Of a DNA stretch of 64,000 nucleotides, positions 23,453 through 38,364 are shown piece by piece (position 1 is the first letter of the stretch; each line of letters starts with the position of its first letter). This DNA comes from Escherichia coli (GTDB lineage: Bacteria > Pseudomonadota > Gammaproteobacteria > Enterobacterales > Enterobacteriaceae), in NCBI RefSeq assembly GCF_045037415.1, contig NZ_CP173438.1; one strand, written 5' to 3'. The notes below the pieces were generated by a model. That model was given only the letters and a program-made list of their open reading frames with translations. It did no database searches and was not told the DNA's origin. The position numbers and the translations under genes are program-made.

Positions 23453-24121
23453 ATGCCATCACTCAGTAAAGAAGCGGCCCTGGTTCATGAAGCGTTAGTT
23501 GCGCGAGGACTGGAAACACCGCTGCGCCCGCCCGTGCATGAAATGGATAACGAAACGCGCAAAAGCCTTATTGCTGGTCATATGACCGAAATCATGCAGC
23601 TGCTGAATCTCGACCTGGCTGATGACAGTTTGATGGAAACGCCGCATCGCATCGCTAAAATGTATGTCGATGAAATTTTCTCCGGTCTGGATTACGCCAA
23701 TTTCCCGAAAATCACCCTCATTGAAAACAAAATGAAGGTCGATGAAATGGTCACCGTGCGCGATATCACCCTGACCAGCACCTGTGAACACCATTTTGTT
23801 ACCATAGATGGCAAAGCGACGGTGGCTTATATCCCGAAAGATTCGGTGATCGGTCTGTCAAAAATTAACCGCATCGTGCAGTTCTTTGCCCAGCGTCCGC
23901 AGGTGCAGGAACGTCTGACGCAGCAAATTCTCATTGCGCTACAAACGCTGCTGGGTACCAATAACGTGGCTGTCTCTATCGACGCGGTGCATTACTGCGT
24001 GAAAGCGCGTGGCATCCGCGACGCAACCAGTGCCACAACAACGACCTCTCTTGGTGGATTGTTCAAATCCAGTCAGAATACGCGCCACGAGTTTCTGCGC
24101 GCTGTGCGTCATCACAACTGA
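23453..24121 (+). CDS. folE: GTP cyclohydrolase I
   Basis: 222 aa; TSTCEHHFV active-site region characteristic of GTP cyclohydrolase I. Confidence 0.9.
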
Positions 24122-24137
24122 TTAAAAGGCAGGAGCC

Positions 24138-25295
24138 ATGGAGCGCAACGTCACGCTCGATTTTGTTCGCGGCGTCGCCATTCTGGGGATCCTGCTATTA
24201 AACATCAGCGCCTTTGGGCTACCAAAGGCGGCTTATCTCAATCCCGCCTGGTACGGCGCTATTACGCCGCAGGATGCATGGACCTGGGCATTTCTCGATC
24301 TCATCGGCCAGGTGAAATTCCTCACGCTTTTTGCGCTGCTGTTTGGTGCGGGCCTGCAAATGTTGCTGCCCCGTGGCAGACGCTGGATCCAGTCGCGGTT
24401 AACGCTGTTAGTCTTGCTGGGCTTTATTCACGGTTTATTGTTCTGGGACGGCGATATTCTGCTGGCTTACGGACTGGTGGGCTTAATCTGCTGGCGGCTG
24501 GTGCGCGATGCGCCATCGGTAAAAAGCCTGTTTAATACAGGCGTCATGCTTTATCTGGTGGGGCTTGGCGTTTTGCTGTTATTGGGGCTGATTTCCGACA
24601 GCCAGACCAGCCGCGCCTGGACGCCGGATGCATCGGCTATTTTGTATGAAAAATACTGGAAGCTTCACGGTGGTGTTGAAGCGATCAATAATCGTGCCGA
24701 TGGTGTTGGCAACAGTTTACTGGCACTGGGCGCACAGTATGGCTGGCAACTGGCAGGGATGATGCTCATTGGTGCGGCGCTGATGCGCAGCGGCTGGCTG
24801 AAAGGGCAGTTCAGCTTACGTCACTATCGTCGTACTGGTTTTGTGCTGGTGGCGATTGGGGTGATCATTAACCTTCCTGCCATCGCCCTGCAATGGCAGC
24901 TGGACTGGGCGTATCGCTGGTGTGCCTTCTTACTTCAAATGCCGCGGGAACTGAGTGCGCCGTTTCAGGCGATTGGCTATGCGTCGCTGTTTTATGGCTT
25001 CTGGCCGCAATTAAGCCGCTTTAAGCTGGTGCTGGCAATCGCCTGTGTCGGACGGATGGCACTGACCAACTATCTATTGCAAACGCTGATTTGTACTACG
25101 CTTTTTTACCACCTCAGTTTGTTTATGCAGTTTGACCGTCTGGAGCTGCTGGCGTTTGTTATTCCGGTATGGCTGGCGAATATCTTCTTCTCTGTTATCT
25201 GGCTGCGTTACTTCCGCCAGGGGCCGGTGGAATGGCTCTGGCGTCAGTTAACTTTGCGTGCTGCCGGACCGACAATATCTAAAACATCAAGATAA
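24138..25295 (+). CDS. yeiB: DUF418-family inner membrane protein
   Basis: 385-aa polytopic membrane ORF immediately downstream of folE. Confidence 0.75.
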   Translation: MERNVTLDFVRGVAILGILLLNISAFGLPKAAYLNPAWYGAITPQDAWTWAFLDLIGQVKFLTLFALLFGAGLQMLLPRGRRWIQSRLTLLVLLGFIHGLLFWDGDILLAYGLVGLICWRLVRDAPSVKSLFNTGVMLYLVGLGVLLLLGLISDSQTSRAWTPDASAILYEKYWKLHGGVEAINNRADGVGNSLLALGAQYGWQLAGMMLIGAALMRSGWLKGQFSLRHYRRTGFVLVAIGVIINLPAIALQWQLDWAYRWCAFLLQMPRELSAPFQAIGYASLFYGFWPQLSRFKLVLAIACVGRMALTNYLLQTLICTTLFYHLSLFMQFDRLELLAFVIPVWLANIFFSVIWLRYFRQGPVEWLWRQLTLRAAGPTISKTSR

Positions 25296-25325
25296 CGATC
25301 TGGATCACATTCGTTAACAAAACGG

Positions 25326-25341
25326 CTGTAACCGTTTCCAT
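25326..25341. promoter_or_regulatory. GalR/GalS operator in galS promoter
   Basis: ctgtaaccgtttccat resembles gal operator consensus GTGTAAACGATTCCAC. Confidence 0.6.
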
Positions 25342-25344
25342 TGC

Positions 25345-25360
25345 TGTGACTCGATTCACG
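25345..25360. promoter_or_regulatory. CRP binding site in galS promoter
   Basis: TGTGA-ctcgat-TCACG matches TGTGA-N6-TCACA. Confidence 0.65.
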
Positions 25361-25436
25361 AAGTCCTGTATTCAGTGCTGACAAAATAGCCGCCAGCAAG
25401 CAGTCATTTACTGCAATCTCATAACAGGTAGTGAAT

Positions 25437-26477
25437 ATGATCACCATTCGTGATGTAGCGCGTCAGGCTGGCGTCTCTGTGGCAACGGTTTCCCGGGTGC
25501 TCAATAACAGCACGCTGGTCAGTGCCGACACGCGTGAAGCAGTAATGAAAGCTGTGAGTGAGCTGGATTATCGGCCAAACGCCAATGCCCAGGCGCTGGC
25601 AACTCAGGTTAGCGACACCATTGGCGTGGTGGTGATGGACGTTTCTGATGCTTTTTTCGGCGCGCTGGTAAAAGCGGTGGATCTGGTCGCCCAGCAGCAT
25701 CAGAAATACGTGCTAATCGGCAATAGCTATCATGAAGCGGAAAAAGAGCGTCACGCCATTGAGGTGTTAATTCGCCAGCGTTGTAATGCGTTGATTGTTC
25801 ACTCAAAAGCATTGAGTGACGATGAACTGGCACAATTTATGGATAACATTCCTGGTATGGTGTTAATCAACCGCGTTGTGCCGGGGTACGCCCATCGTTG
25901 CGTTTGCCTGGATAATCTCAGCGGTGCCCGAATGGCGACGCGCATGTTGCTGAATAACGGTCATCAACGTATTGGTTATCTTTCTTCCAGCCACGGCATT
26001 GAAGATGACGCCATGCGTAAAGCAGGCTGGATGAGTGCGTTGAAAGAGCAGGATATTATTCCGCCGGAAAGCTGGATTGGCACTGGTACGCCGGACATGC
26101 CGGGCGGTGAGGCGGCGATGGTTGAACTGCTGGGGCGCAATCTACAACTAACCGCTGTATTTGCTTATAACGACAATATGGCTGCTGGCGCACTGACAGC
26201 ATTAAAAGATAATGGCATTGCGATTCCGCTACATCTCTCAATCATCGGTTTCGATGATATTCCCATCGCCCGTTACACCGACCCGCAATTAACGACCGTG
26301 CGTTATCCCATTGCTTCAATGGCTAAATTAGCTACCGAACTGGCCTTGCAGGGGGCAGCAGACAATATTGATCCTCGTGCCAGCCACTGTTTTATGCCGA
26401 CGTTAGTGCGTCGCCATTCTGTCGCAACACGCCAGAATGCGGCGGCGATCACTAACTCAACAAATCAGGCGATGTAA
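25437..26477 (+). CDS. galS: LacI/GalR-family repressor (mgl-gal isorepressor)
   Basis: Track ORF trimmed to [23 protein letters not shown] (346 aa); LacI-type HTH. Confidence 0.85.
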   Translation: MITIRDVARQAGVSVATVSRVLNNSTLVSADTREAVMKAVSELDYRPNANAQALATQVSDTIGVVVMDVSDAFFGALVKAVDLVAQQHQKYVLIGNSYHEAEKERHAIEVLIRQRCNALIVHSKALSDDELAQFMDNIPGMVLINRVVPGYAHRCVCLDNLSGARMATRMLLNNGHQRIGYLSSSHGIEDDAMRKAGWMSALKEQDIIPPESWIGTGTPDMPGGEAAMVELLGRNLQLTAVFAYNDNMAAGALTALKDNGIAIPLHLSIIGFDDIPIARYTDPQLTTVRYPIASMAKLATELALQGAADNIDPRASHCFMPTLVRRHSVATRQNAAAITNSTNQAM

Positions 26478-26487
26478 CCGCTTTCAA
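26472..26487. promoter_or_regulatory. GalR/GalS operator of the mgl operon
   Basis: atgtaaccgctttcaa resembles gal operator consensus; overlaps the galS stop codon (26475-26477). Confidence 0.6.
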
Positions 26488-26489
26488 TC

Positions 26490-26505
26490 TGTGAGTGATT
26501 TCACA
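26490..26505. promoter_or_regulatory. CRP binding site of the mgl promoter
   Basis: TGTGA-gtgatt-TCACA, perfect match to CRP consensus half-sites. Confidence 0.7.
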
Positions 26506-26756
26506 GTATCTTAACAATGTGATGGCTATGATTGCACCGTTTTAACGTTGTAACCCATATGTAACAGTGAATAATCACTTTCACCGAGGTAATAGCGTCA
26601 TAACAACAATTAAAGCCGTTTTCTGGAGCGTTACCGGGCATGGAAGAACGAATTTTAAAAAGTGAGCTTCGGCGTTCAGTAACACTTCATTAACTCTACT
26701 GCCCCGCCGAGCATTTATCTCAAGCACTACCCTGCATAAGAAAAACCGGAGATACC

Positions 26757-27755
26757 ATGAATAAGAAGGTGTTAACCCTGTCTGCTGTGATGGCCAGCAT
26801 GTTATTCGGTGCCGCTGCACACGCTGCTGATACTCGCATTGGTGTAACAATCTATAAGTACGACGATAACTTTATGTCTGTAGTGCGCAAGGCTATTGAG
26901 CAAGATGCGAAAGCCGCGCCAGATGTTCAGCTGCTGATGAATGATTCTCAGAATGACCAGTCCAAGCAGAACGATCAGATCGACGTATTGCTGGCGAAAG
27001 GGGTGAAGGCACTGGCAATCAACCTGGTTGACCCGGCAGCTGCGGGTACGGTGATTGAGAAAGCGCGTGGGCAAAACGTGCCGGTGGTTTTCTTCAACAA
27101 AGAACCGTCTCGTAAGGCGCTGGATAGCTACGACAAAGCCTACTACGTTGGCACTGACTCCAAAGAGTCCGGCATTATTCAGGGCGATTTGATTGCTAAA
27201 CACTGGGCGGCGAATCAGGGTTGGGATCTGAACAAAGACGGTCAGATTCAATTCGTACTGCTGAAAGGTGAGCCGGGGCATCCGGATGCAGAAGCACGTA
27301 CCACTTACGTGATTAAAGAATTGAACGACAAAGGCATTAAAACTGAACAGTTACAGTTAGATACCGCTATGTGGGATACCGCTCAGGCGAAAGATAAGAT
27401 GGACGCCTGGCTGTCTGGCCCGAACGCCAACAAAATCGAGGTGGTTATCGCCAACAACGACGCGATGGCAATGGGCGCGGTAGAAGCACTGAAAGCACAC
27501 AACAAGTCCAGCATTCCGGTGTTTGGCGTCGATGCGCTGCCAGAAGCGCTGGCGCTGGTGAAATCCGGTGCACTGGCGGGCACCGTACTGAACGATGCTA
27601 ACAACCAGGCGAAAGCGACCTTTGATCTGGCGAAAAACCTGGCCGATGGCAAAGGTGCGGCTGATGGCACCAACTGGAAAATCGACAACAAAGTGGTCCG
27701 CGTACCTTATGTTGGCGTAGATAAAGACAACCTGGCTGAATTCAGCAAGAAATAA
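26757..27755 (+). CDS. mglB: Periplasmic galactose/glucose-binding protein
   Basis: 332 aa with signal peptide ([23 protein letters not shown]). Confidence 0.9.
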   Translation: MNKKVLTLSAVMASMLFGAAAHAADTRIGVTIYKYDDNFMSVVRKAIEQDAKAAPDVQLLMNDSQNDQSKQNDQIDVLLAKGVKALAINLVDPAAAGTVIEKARGQNVPVVFFNKEPSRKALDSYDKAYYVGTDSKESGIIQGDLIAKHWAANQGWDLNKDGQIQFVLLKGEPGHPDAEARTTYVIKELNDKGIKTEQLQLDTAMWDTAQAKDKMDAWLSGPNANKIEVVIANNDAMAMGAVEALKAHNKSSIPVFGVDALPEALALVKSGALAGTVLNDANNQAKATFDLAKNLADGKGAADGTNWKIDNKVVRVPYVGVDKDNLAEFSKK

Positions 27756-27763
27756 GACTGATT

Positions 27764-27792
27764 GGGCGCAGTCGTTTACTGCGCCCTTATTG
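27764..27792 (+). terminator. Intra-operon hairpin between mglB and mglA
   Basis: gggcgcagt-cgttt-actgcgccc 9-bp GC-rich stem followed by ttattg. Confidence 0.5.
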
Positions 27793-27815
27793 TATGACCA
27801 ACAAGGTAAAATTAT

Positions 27816-29336
27816 ATGGTCAGCTCAACGACTCCGTCATCAGGTGAATACTTGTTGGAAATGAGCGGTATCAACAAGTCTTTTCCTGGTGTTAAGGCAC
27901 TTGATAACGTTAACTTAAAAGTCCGGCCACATTCTATCCATGCATTAATGGGGGAAAACGGTGCAGGAAAATCGACATTATTAAAATGCCTGTTTGGTAT
28001 TTATCAAAAAGACTCCGGCACCATTTTATTCCAGGGTAAAGAGATCGATTTCCATTCCGCCAAAGAAGCACTGGAAAATGGTATTTCGATGGTACATCAG
28101 GAGTTAAACCTGGTATTACAACGTTCGGTGATGGACAACATGTGGCTGGGGCGATATCCCACCAAAGGCATGTTTGTCGATCAGGACAAAATGTACCGCG
28201 AAACCAAAGCGATTTTTGATGAACTGGATATTGATATCGATCCGCGTGCGCGCGTCGGTACATTATCTGTTTCGCAAATGCAGATGATCGAAATCGCCAA
28301 AGCGTTTTCCTATAACGCGAAAATTGTGATTATGGATGAACCGACTTCTTCGTTAACCGAAAAAGAGGTCAATCATCTGTTCACTATTATTCGTAAATTA
28401 AAAGAGCGCGGCTGCGGTATTGTTTATATCTCGCATAAAATGGAAGAAATCTTCCAGTTATGTGATGAAGTTACCGTATTGCGCGACGGTCAGTGGATCG
28501 CTACCGAACCGCTGGCAGGACTGACGATGGACAAAATCATCGCCATGATGGTTGGGCGTTCTCTTAACCAGCGTTTCCCTGACAAAGAAAACAAGCCGGG
28601 CGAAGTGATTCTGGAAGTGCGTAACCTGACGTCGCTGCGCCAGCCGTCGATTCGCGATGTCTCGTTTGATCTGCATAAAGGGGAGATCCTCGGTATTGCC
28701 GGTCTGGTGGGAGCGAAACGTACCGATATTGTTGAGACGTTATTTGGTATTCGCGAGAAATCGGCTGGCACCATTACGTTGCACGGCAAAAAGATCAATA
28801 ACCATAATGCCAACGAAGCCATAAACCACGGATTTGCACTGGTAACTGAAGAGCGCCGCTCAACGGGAATTTATGCCTATCTGGATATTGGCTTTAACTC
28901 GTTAATTTCCAATATCCGCAACTATAAAAATAAAGTTGGTTTACTGGATAACTCGCGGATGAAAAGCGATACCCAGTGGGTGATTGATTCGATGCGGGTA
29001 AAAACACCGGGGCATCGGACGCAAATTGGTTCGCTCTCCGGTGGTAATCAGCAAAAAGTGATTATTGGTCGCTGGCTGTTAACGCAACCAGAAATATTAA
29101 TGCTCGATGAACCGACGCGCGGTATTGATGTTGGGGCTAAGTTTGAGATTTATCAGTTAATTGCCGAACTGGCGAAGAAAGGCAAGGGGATTATTATTAT
29201 CTCCTCCGAAATGCCAGAGTTGTTAGGGATAACAGACCGTATTCTGGTCATGAGCAATGGTCTCGTTTCCGGAATTGTCGATACAAAAACAACAACGCAA
29301 AGCGAAATTCTGCGTCTTGCGTCTTTGCACCTTTAA
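27816..29336 (+). CDS. mglA: Galactose/methyl-galactoside ABC transporter ATPase
   Basis: 506 aa; two ABC cassettes (GENGAGKST Walker A; LSGGNQQK signature). Confidence 0.9.
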   Translation: MVSSTTPSSGEYLLEMSGINKSFPGVKALDNVNLKVRPHSIHALMGENGAGKSTLLKCLFGIYQKDSGTILFQGKEIDFHSAKEALENGISMVHQELNLVLQRSVMDNMWLGRYPTKGMFVDQDKMYRETKAIFDELDIDIDPRARVGTLSVSQMQMIEIAKAFSYNAKIVIMDEPTSSLTEKEVNHLFTIIRKLKERGCGIVYISHKMEEIFQLCDEVTVLRDGQWIATEPLAGLTMDKIIAMMVGRSLNQRFPDKENKPGEVILEVRNLTSLRQPSIRDVSFDLHKGEILGIAGLVGAKRTDIVETLFGIREKSAGTITLHGKKINNHNANEAINHGFALVTEERRSTGIYAYLDIGFNSLISNIRNYKNKVGLLDNSRMKSDTQWVIDSMRVKTPGHRTQIGSLSGGNQQKVIIGRWLLTQPEILMLDEPTRGIDVGAKFEIYQLIAELAKKGKGIIIISSEMPELLGITDRILVMSNGLVSGIVDTKTTTQSEILRLASLHL

Positions 29337-29351
29337 GATTAGGGGCTTCCC

Positions 29352-30362
29352 ATGAGTGCGTTAAATAAGAAAAGTTTTCTTACTTACCTGAAAGAGGGCG
29401 GTATTTACGTCGTTCTTTTAGTTTTGCTGGCGATTATTATTTTCCAGGACCCAACATTTTTAAGTCTGTTGAACTTAAGTAATATTCTCACCCAGTCATC
29501 GGTGCGTATTATTATCGCGCTTGGTGTGGCAGGGTTAATTGTCACCCAGGGGACTGACCTTTCCGCAGGTCGCCAGGTGGGGCTGGCGGCAGTAGTAGCA
29601 GCGACGTTATTGCAGTCCATGGATAACGCCAACAAAGTGTTCCCGGAAATGGCGACGATGCCGATTGCGCTGGTTATTCTGATTGTCTGTGCCATTGGTG
29701 CGGTGATCGGTTTGATCAACGGCTTGATTATCGCCTATCTCAACGTGACGCCGTTCATTACCACGCTCGGTACGATGATTATCGTCTACGGCATTAACTC
29801 GCTCTATTACGACTTTGTCGGGGCGTCGCCAATTTCCGGTTTTGACAGTGGTTTCTCCACTTTTGCCCAAGGCTTTATTGCGCTGGGGAGTTTCCGTCTC
29901 TCTTACATCACCTTCTATGCGTTGATTGCGGTGGTGTTTGTCTGGGTGTTATGGAACAAAACCCGCTTCGGCAAGAACATTTTTGCCATTGGCGGTAACC
30001 CGGAAGCGGCGAAAGTATCTGGTGTCAACGTCGGCCTGAACCTGCTGATGATCTACGCGTTGTCTGGTGTGTTCTATGCCTTCGGCGGGATGTTAGAAGC
30101 CGGACGTATCGGCTCTGCCACCAACAACCTCGGCTTCATGTATGAGCTGGATGCTATCGCAGCGTGCGTGGTAGGCGGCGTATCGTTCAGCGGCGGTGTA
30201 GGGACGGTGATTGGCGTGGTGACCGGGGTGATTATTTTTACCGTCATCAACTATGGCCTGACGTACATCGGCGTAAACCCGTACTGGCAGTACATCATCA
30301 AAGGGGCAATTATTATCTTTGCCGTGGCGCTGGATTCACTGAAATACGCGCGTAAGAAATGA
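29352..30362 (+). CDS. mglC: Galactose/methyl-galactoside ABC transporter permease
   Basis: 336-aa polytopic permease following mglA. Confidence 0.9.
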   Translation: MSALNKKSFLTYLKEGGIYVVLLVLLAIIIFQDPTFLSLLNLSNILTQSSVRIIIALGVAGLIVTQGTDLSAGRQVGLAAVVAATLLQSMDNANKVFPEMATMPIALVILIVCAIGAVIGLINGLIIAYLNVTPFITTLGTMIIVYGINSLYYDFVGASPISGFDSGFSTFAQGFIALGSFRLSYITFYALIAVVFVWVLWNKTRFGKNIFAIGGNPEAAKVSGVNVGLNLLMIYALSGVFYAFGGMLEAGRIGSATNNLGFMYELDAIAACVVGGVSFSGGVGTVIGVVTGVIIFTVINYGLTYIGVNPYWQYIIKGAIIIFAVALDSLKYARKK

Positions 30363-30421
30363 TGTGAATGTGGTCCGCATTCGTTCATAAACGCACATAA
30401 CATCATGATCTGTGTGGTTTT

Positions 30422-30604
<183 letters not shown>

Positions 30605-30605
<1 letters not shown>

Positions 30606-31840
30606 TACAACGTTACCGGGTGTTCTTTCTCGCCTTTCTTAAACTTCACTTCCCCAAGATCAATACAACCTACCGGGCAGACGTGACCACAAAGCAGACA
30701 ACCCACGCATTTCTCGGTATTACAATGCGGTGTGCGGGTTTTCTCGCTCCATTCCATCGCCTGGTGACCGCCGTCGTAACAGGAAATATAACAGCGTCCA
30801 CAGCCAACACATTTATCAAGATTGATATGGGGATAGACAATATAACTGCGGTCTAAATCTTCCGCCGGGACAATATTGTGATTCGCCAGACCTACCATCT
30901 CCTGCAACGAATCAAACCCTTGATCGGCGAGATAATGCGACAACCCGCTTGCCATATCTTCCACTATCCGATACCCGTACTGCATAATGCCGGTGGTCAC
31001 CTGCAACGTCGCTGAACCGAGCAATAAAAACTCCGCCGCATCTTCCCAGGTTTCAATGCCGCCGATACCGCTGATCGGGAAATCGCGCAGTTCTGGATGG
31101 GTGCGCATTTGCTGAATAAAGCGTAGGGCGATCGGTTTTACCGCTTTACCGGAATATCCGGAAATACTCGATTTACCGTTAACGATCGGCATACCAATTT
31201 TCTGATTAAGATCGATATTGGTGATGGATTTAACGGTGTTAATCGCCGCAATGCCATCTGCGCCGCCGCGCTTCGCCGCCAGCGCCACTTCGCACATATC
31301 ACCAATATTCGGCGTCATCTTCGCCAGCATTGGCAGCGTGGAACCACGTTTTACTGCCCGACAATATTTTTCTACCAGCTCCGGGCTTTGCCCGACATCG
31401 CTACCCATCGCATGAGAAGTCATTTGCGGACAGGAGAAGTTACACTCGATCATATCCGCGCCAGCTTCTTGCACCAGACGCGCCAGCTCTTCCCATTGCT
31501 GCTCATTTTCGCCCATGATTGAAGCGATCAATACTTTGTCCGGGTAATCTTCTTTCAGCCGACGCAGGGCGGCCAGATTCTCTTCCAACGGATGTTCAGC
31601 AATCTGCTCCATATTTTTGAAGCCGATAAAACCGGTATCTTCTTTCACCAGATGATCAAAACGCGGCGAGACTTCGTTGGCGATAAAAAAACCGATCGTT
31701 TTAAACACCACGCCGCCCCAACCTGTGTCGTAGGCTTTGGCGCACATCTCATAGCAGTTGCCTACCGGCGAAGAAGAAAGGCAGAACGGGTTGGGAAACT
31801 TCACGCCGCAAAAAGTAATCGAAAGATCTTTCGTTAACAT
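30605..31840 (-). CDS. preA: NAD-dependent dihydropyrimidine dehydrogenase subunit PreA
   Basis: Track ORF trimmed to [10 protein letters not shown] (411 aa); DHOD-like barrel plus C-terminal 4Fe-4S ferredoxin cysteines (CVGCGRC...[12 protein letters not shown]). Confidence 0.85.
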
Positions 31841-33072
31841 GAGCAAGCTCCCTCTAAATAGTGATGAATCGCCCCGGCGGCTTCTTTCCCGGTTTTCACT
31901 GCATAGACCACGGTTTTGTCACCCTCAACAATATCGCCAGCAGCAAAGACTTGCGGGTCGCGGGTCTGGTAATGTTGCGTTTCGATGGTGTTACGTTGCG
32001 GTTCCAGTGCGGAAAAAGCAGCAAGTTCGGCATGTTGACCTACAGCGAGAATAATTTTGTCCGCCGCTATCGTTAGTTCACCCGGTAAACGAACATGCTT
32101 AAAGGTGACTTTATTGCCTTCCACGGCTACTGGTGTAAATCCATCGATGATCGAAACGCCCAGCTCTCTGGCGCTGGTAAACTCTTTTTCGCTTGCCGGA
32201 AACTCATCTAACTCTTCACGCGCTACGCAGGTTACCGCCTGACAGCCGAGAACTTTCAGCGTGCTGGCTACGTCCATCGCGACATCACCGCCGCCGATAA
32301 TTAATGCGCTTTGTTGAATGCTGATATCGCCTTGCGCCTGTCGTGCACGTTGCAGGAAGTCAACGGCAATCTCAACGTCGCTATGCTCAAACAGCGATAA
32401 CCCGGAACCGCTCGATAACCCTACGGTGACCAGTACCGCGCGGTTTTCCGCTTTCAGCTGCTCCAGGGTGAGTGTTTTACCGATTTCGTTATTGCACTTA
32501 ATGGTCACGCCCATTTTTTCTATACGGGCGATTTCTGCATCCAGCACCGATTGCGGTAACCGGAATTGCGGAATGCCGTTACGCAACCAGCCACCGGGTT
32601 GTGCTTCTTTCTCATAGATCGTGACGTCATAACCCTGGTTTGTCAGCGTCACACTGGCCTGCAATCCGGCAGGACCTGCGCCAATAATGGCGACTTTGCC
32701 GAGCGTTTTAGTACCGGGCTGATAAATTTCCATCCCAGTTTGTTGTTCAAAATCAGTAACAAAACGCTGTAAGCGACCGATATCAATGGGAGCATCAACA
32801 CCGGCACGTGTACAACCGCTTTGGCATAATTTCTCCGTCGGGCACACTCTGGCACAAACGGCACCGAGGGCATTATTTTCGCGAATTGTCTCGGCAGCGC
32901 CTTTAAAATTACGAAAGTAGATTGAGCGAATAAATTTCCCCGGATCGGTCTGTGCCGGGCAAGCCTGACTACAGGGAGCGTCATGACATAATAAACAGCG
33001 AGAGGCTTCTTTAATCGCCAGTAAAGGCGTAAAAGCCGGAGTGAGTTCATCCAGATAATTTTGTTGCGGCAT
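31834..33072 (-). CDS. preT: NAD-dependent dihydropyrimidine dehydrogenase subunit PreT
   Basis: 412 aa; GltD-like (IIGAGPAGL dinucleotide motif); stop overlaps preA start. Confidence 0.85.
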   Translation of the reverse strand: MPQQNYLDELTPAFTPLLAIKEASRCLLCHDAPCSQACPAQTDPGKFIRSIYFRNFKGAAETIRENNALGAVCARVCPTEKLCQSGCTRAGVDAPIDIGRLQRFVTDFEQQTGMEIYQPGTKTLGKVAIIGAGPAGLQASVTLTNQGYDVTIYEKEAQPGGWLRNGIPQFRLPQSVLDAEIARIEKMGVTIKCNNEIGKTLTLEQLKAENRAVLVTVGLSSGSGLSLFEHSDVEIAVDFLQRARQAQGDISIQQSALIIGGGDVAMDVASTLKVLGCQAVTCVAREELDEFPASEKEFTSARELGVSIIDGFTPVAVEGNKVTFKHVRLPGELTIAADKIILAVGQHAELAAFSALEPQRNTIETQHYQTRDPQVFAAGDIVEGDKTVVYAVKTGKEAAGAIHHYLEGACSC

Positions 33073-33164
33073 GTGATCTTCCTTAATGCTATGAGTAATT
33101 AAGGCGAACGCTAAATAAATATTGCGTGCTGATATTAAGGCTATGCGCGTGGGGAAATTTAAAC

Positions 33165-33180
33165 TGTGAAAGGATTCACA
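33165..33180. promoter_or_regulatory. CRP binding site upstream of preT
   Basis: TGTGA-aaggat-TCACA perfect consensus half-sites ~95 bp upstream of preT start. Confidence 0.6.
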
Positions 33181-33265
33181 AATAGCTGCGGTTCAGAATG
33201 TTATATCCGCAGCTTATTGAGTGAAGTAATAATTATTCTCAATAATTAACAGAAAAGAGAAAATA

Positions 33266-35261
<1,996 letters not shown>

Positions 35262-35390
35262 GGCGTTGCCTCATAATCATGTAATGGGATAACAGTTTAC
35301 GAACCCGCTATGGCTTTATATGTGATCTGAATCTCATTAATTATGCAACGCGTGAAACTTACATCAAAAATGCGCGACGCATCGCAAATT

Positions 35391-36517
<1,127 letters not shown>

Positions 36518-36678
36518 TTAATTCGTAAAACGTGCTACCGATCACATTAAGAAATCAGCGCTTATTTTTTCGCTCCCCGGTATTACGCAATGCGCAGCGA
36601 ACTCAGGCATACATCAAGCATAGAGAGGGATTGCAGTTTGCAGCAATCCCTCTTTGCAGACCTTTAATCCGTTGACCG

Positions 36679-36708
36679 GAGGCGCTAACATAGCGCCTCA
36701 TTTTTTTG
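36679..36708 (+). terminator. Intrinsic terminator-like hairpin in dusC leader
   Basis: gaggcgct-aacat-agcgcctc stem followed by ATTTTTTTG, ending 12 nt before dusC ATG. Confidence 0.5.
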
Positions 36709-36719
36709 CGGGTGATGAT

Positions 36720-37670
36720 ATGCGTGTGTTACTGGCTCCGATGGAGGGTGTACTTGACTCTCTGGTGCGGGAATTACTGACCGAAGTTAACGACTACGAT
36801 CTGTGCATCACCGAGTTTGTCCGCGTGGTGGATCAACTGCTGCCAGTAAAAGTCTTTCATCGCATTTGCCCTGAGCTACAAAATGCCAGCCGGACACCAT
36901 CCGGTACGCTGGTTCGCGTGCAGTTGTTAGGGCAGTTCCCACAGTGGCTGGCAGAGAACGCCGCCCGTGCGGTGGAGTTAGGTTCCTGGGGCGTGGATCT
37001 TAACTGCGGCTGCCCGTCGAAAACGGTTAACGGTAGCGGTGGTGGGGCAACGTTACTGAAAGATCCTGAACTCATCTACCAGGGTGCAAAAGCGATGCGC
37101 GAAGCTGTACCGGCGCATTTGCCTGTCAGCGTAAAAGTGCGTCTGGGCTGGGACAGCGGTGAGAAGAAATTTGAAATCGCCGATGCGGTTCAACAGGCTG
37201 GTGCTACGGAGCTGGTAGTACATGGGCGGACAAAAGAGCAGGGTTACCGCGCGGAACATATTGACTGGCAGGCGATTGGCGAGATTCGCCAGCGGCTTAA
37301 TATTCCGGTGATTGCCAACGGTGAAATCTGGGACTGGCAGAGTGCGCAACAATGCATGGCGATCAGCGGCTGCGACGCAGTGATGATTGGTCGCGGGGCG
37401 CTCAATATTCCCAACCTGAGCCGTGTGGTGAAATATAACGAACCGCGAATGCCGTGGCCGGAGGTGGTTGCTTTGCTGCAAAAATATACCCGTCTGGAAA
37501 AGCAGGGCGATACCGGGTTATATCACGTTGCGCGGATTAAACAGTGGTTGAGTTATTTGCGTAAAGAATACGATGAAGCAACGGAATTATTTCAGCATGT
37601 TCGGGTGTTGAATAATTCCCCTGATATTGCAAGGGCTATTCAGGCCATTGATATCGATAAGCTGCGATAA
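36720..37670 (+). CDS. dusC: tRNA-dihydrouridine synthase C
   Basis: Track ORF trimmed to [13 protein letters not shown] (316 aa); Dus-family TIM barrel. Confidence 0.85.
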
Positions 37671-37759
37671 TAGTGGAATCGCAGCTTATCTGAGACAATG
37701 AATCGCTTATTCAGCTTCATCATCTTGTTGCGCTCCTTTCATGAGCTAAGCCACATATT

Positions 37760-37965
37760 GCCACTGGCGCAAGGAGCGCGCAGGGGGAGGACAATCGCCT
37801 CCTCCCCCTGCACCCCCGGGCTCTGGCGAACAAAATCGCCGCTGCGCGGTACCTTCAGCTTATCCCCTTCGGCTACCGGGTCGGGCGCGAGGTAACGTCC
37901 TTGTAAGACGCGCCCTCAGCCCACATCCATGTGGGCTGCCCCGGCCTTCGGGGAACGCTTCAGCG
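37760..37965. repeat. GC-rich dyad-dense intergenic block of unassigned family
   Basis: Successive dyads (gggggagg...cctccccc; cagcccacatccatgtgggctg; ccccggccttcggggaa) in ~200 bp with sharply higher GC than flanks; no credible coding frame. Confidence 0.35.
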
Positions 37966-38057
37966 ATTTTGACGCCACCAACACCGGAGCTGTTTGCAAA
38001 TCAAGTACACAAAATATCTAGTTCCTGACCTGACAACTTATATGCCATATCTGATTT

Positions 38058-38141
38058 TTAAAATATCATCTTAAATACGCCAGTCACCACCAGTAGCCCA
38101 ATCAGGAAAATAATCAATACAGCCCAGAGTATAATTTTCAT
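38058..38141 (-). CDS. yohP: Small hydrophobic membrane protein (27 aa)
   Basis: AAGGAA SD 7 nt upstream of ATG; translation MKIILWAVLIIFLIGLLVVTGVFKMIF; below the ORF-track size cutoff; position between dusC and mdtQ matches K-12 yohP (memory). Confidence 0.55.
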   Translation of the reverse strand: MKIILWAVLIIFLIGLLVVTGVFKMIF

Positions 38142-38364
38142 TGGCGTTCCTTTATTTGTGAGTGCTGAATAAGTATAGGAAAAAACGAAGCCCTTTGCCG
38201 CTATCCATAAACGATTAAGATAAATCGGAAGATATCATTCACTTAGTGTATATTTTTCTGGATATGTCGTTTTATTGCTACTGATGTATTGCCACGCGAA
38301 ACTAAAAAATATATCGCAACACACGGTAATCTCCGCGCACCTTTTCTTACCTGATTATTCCCCC

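Noticed and set aside
37698-37895. 65-aa plus-strand ORF within the GC-rich block after dusC
   Set aside because: Arg/Ser/Pro-rich low-complexity translation, no RBS, and the frame coincides with dyad repeats; judged noncoding.
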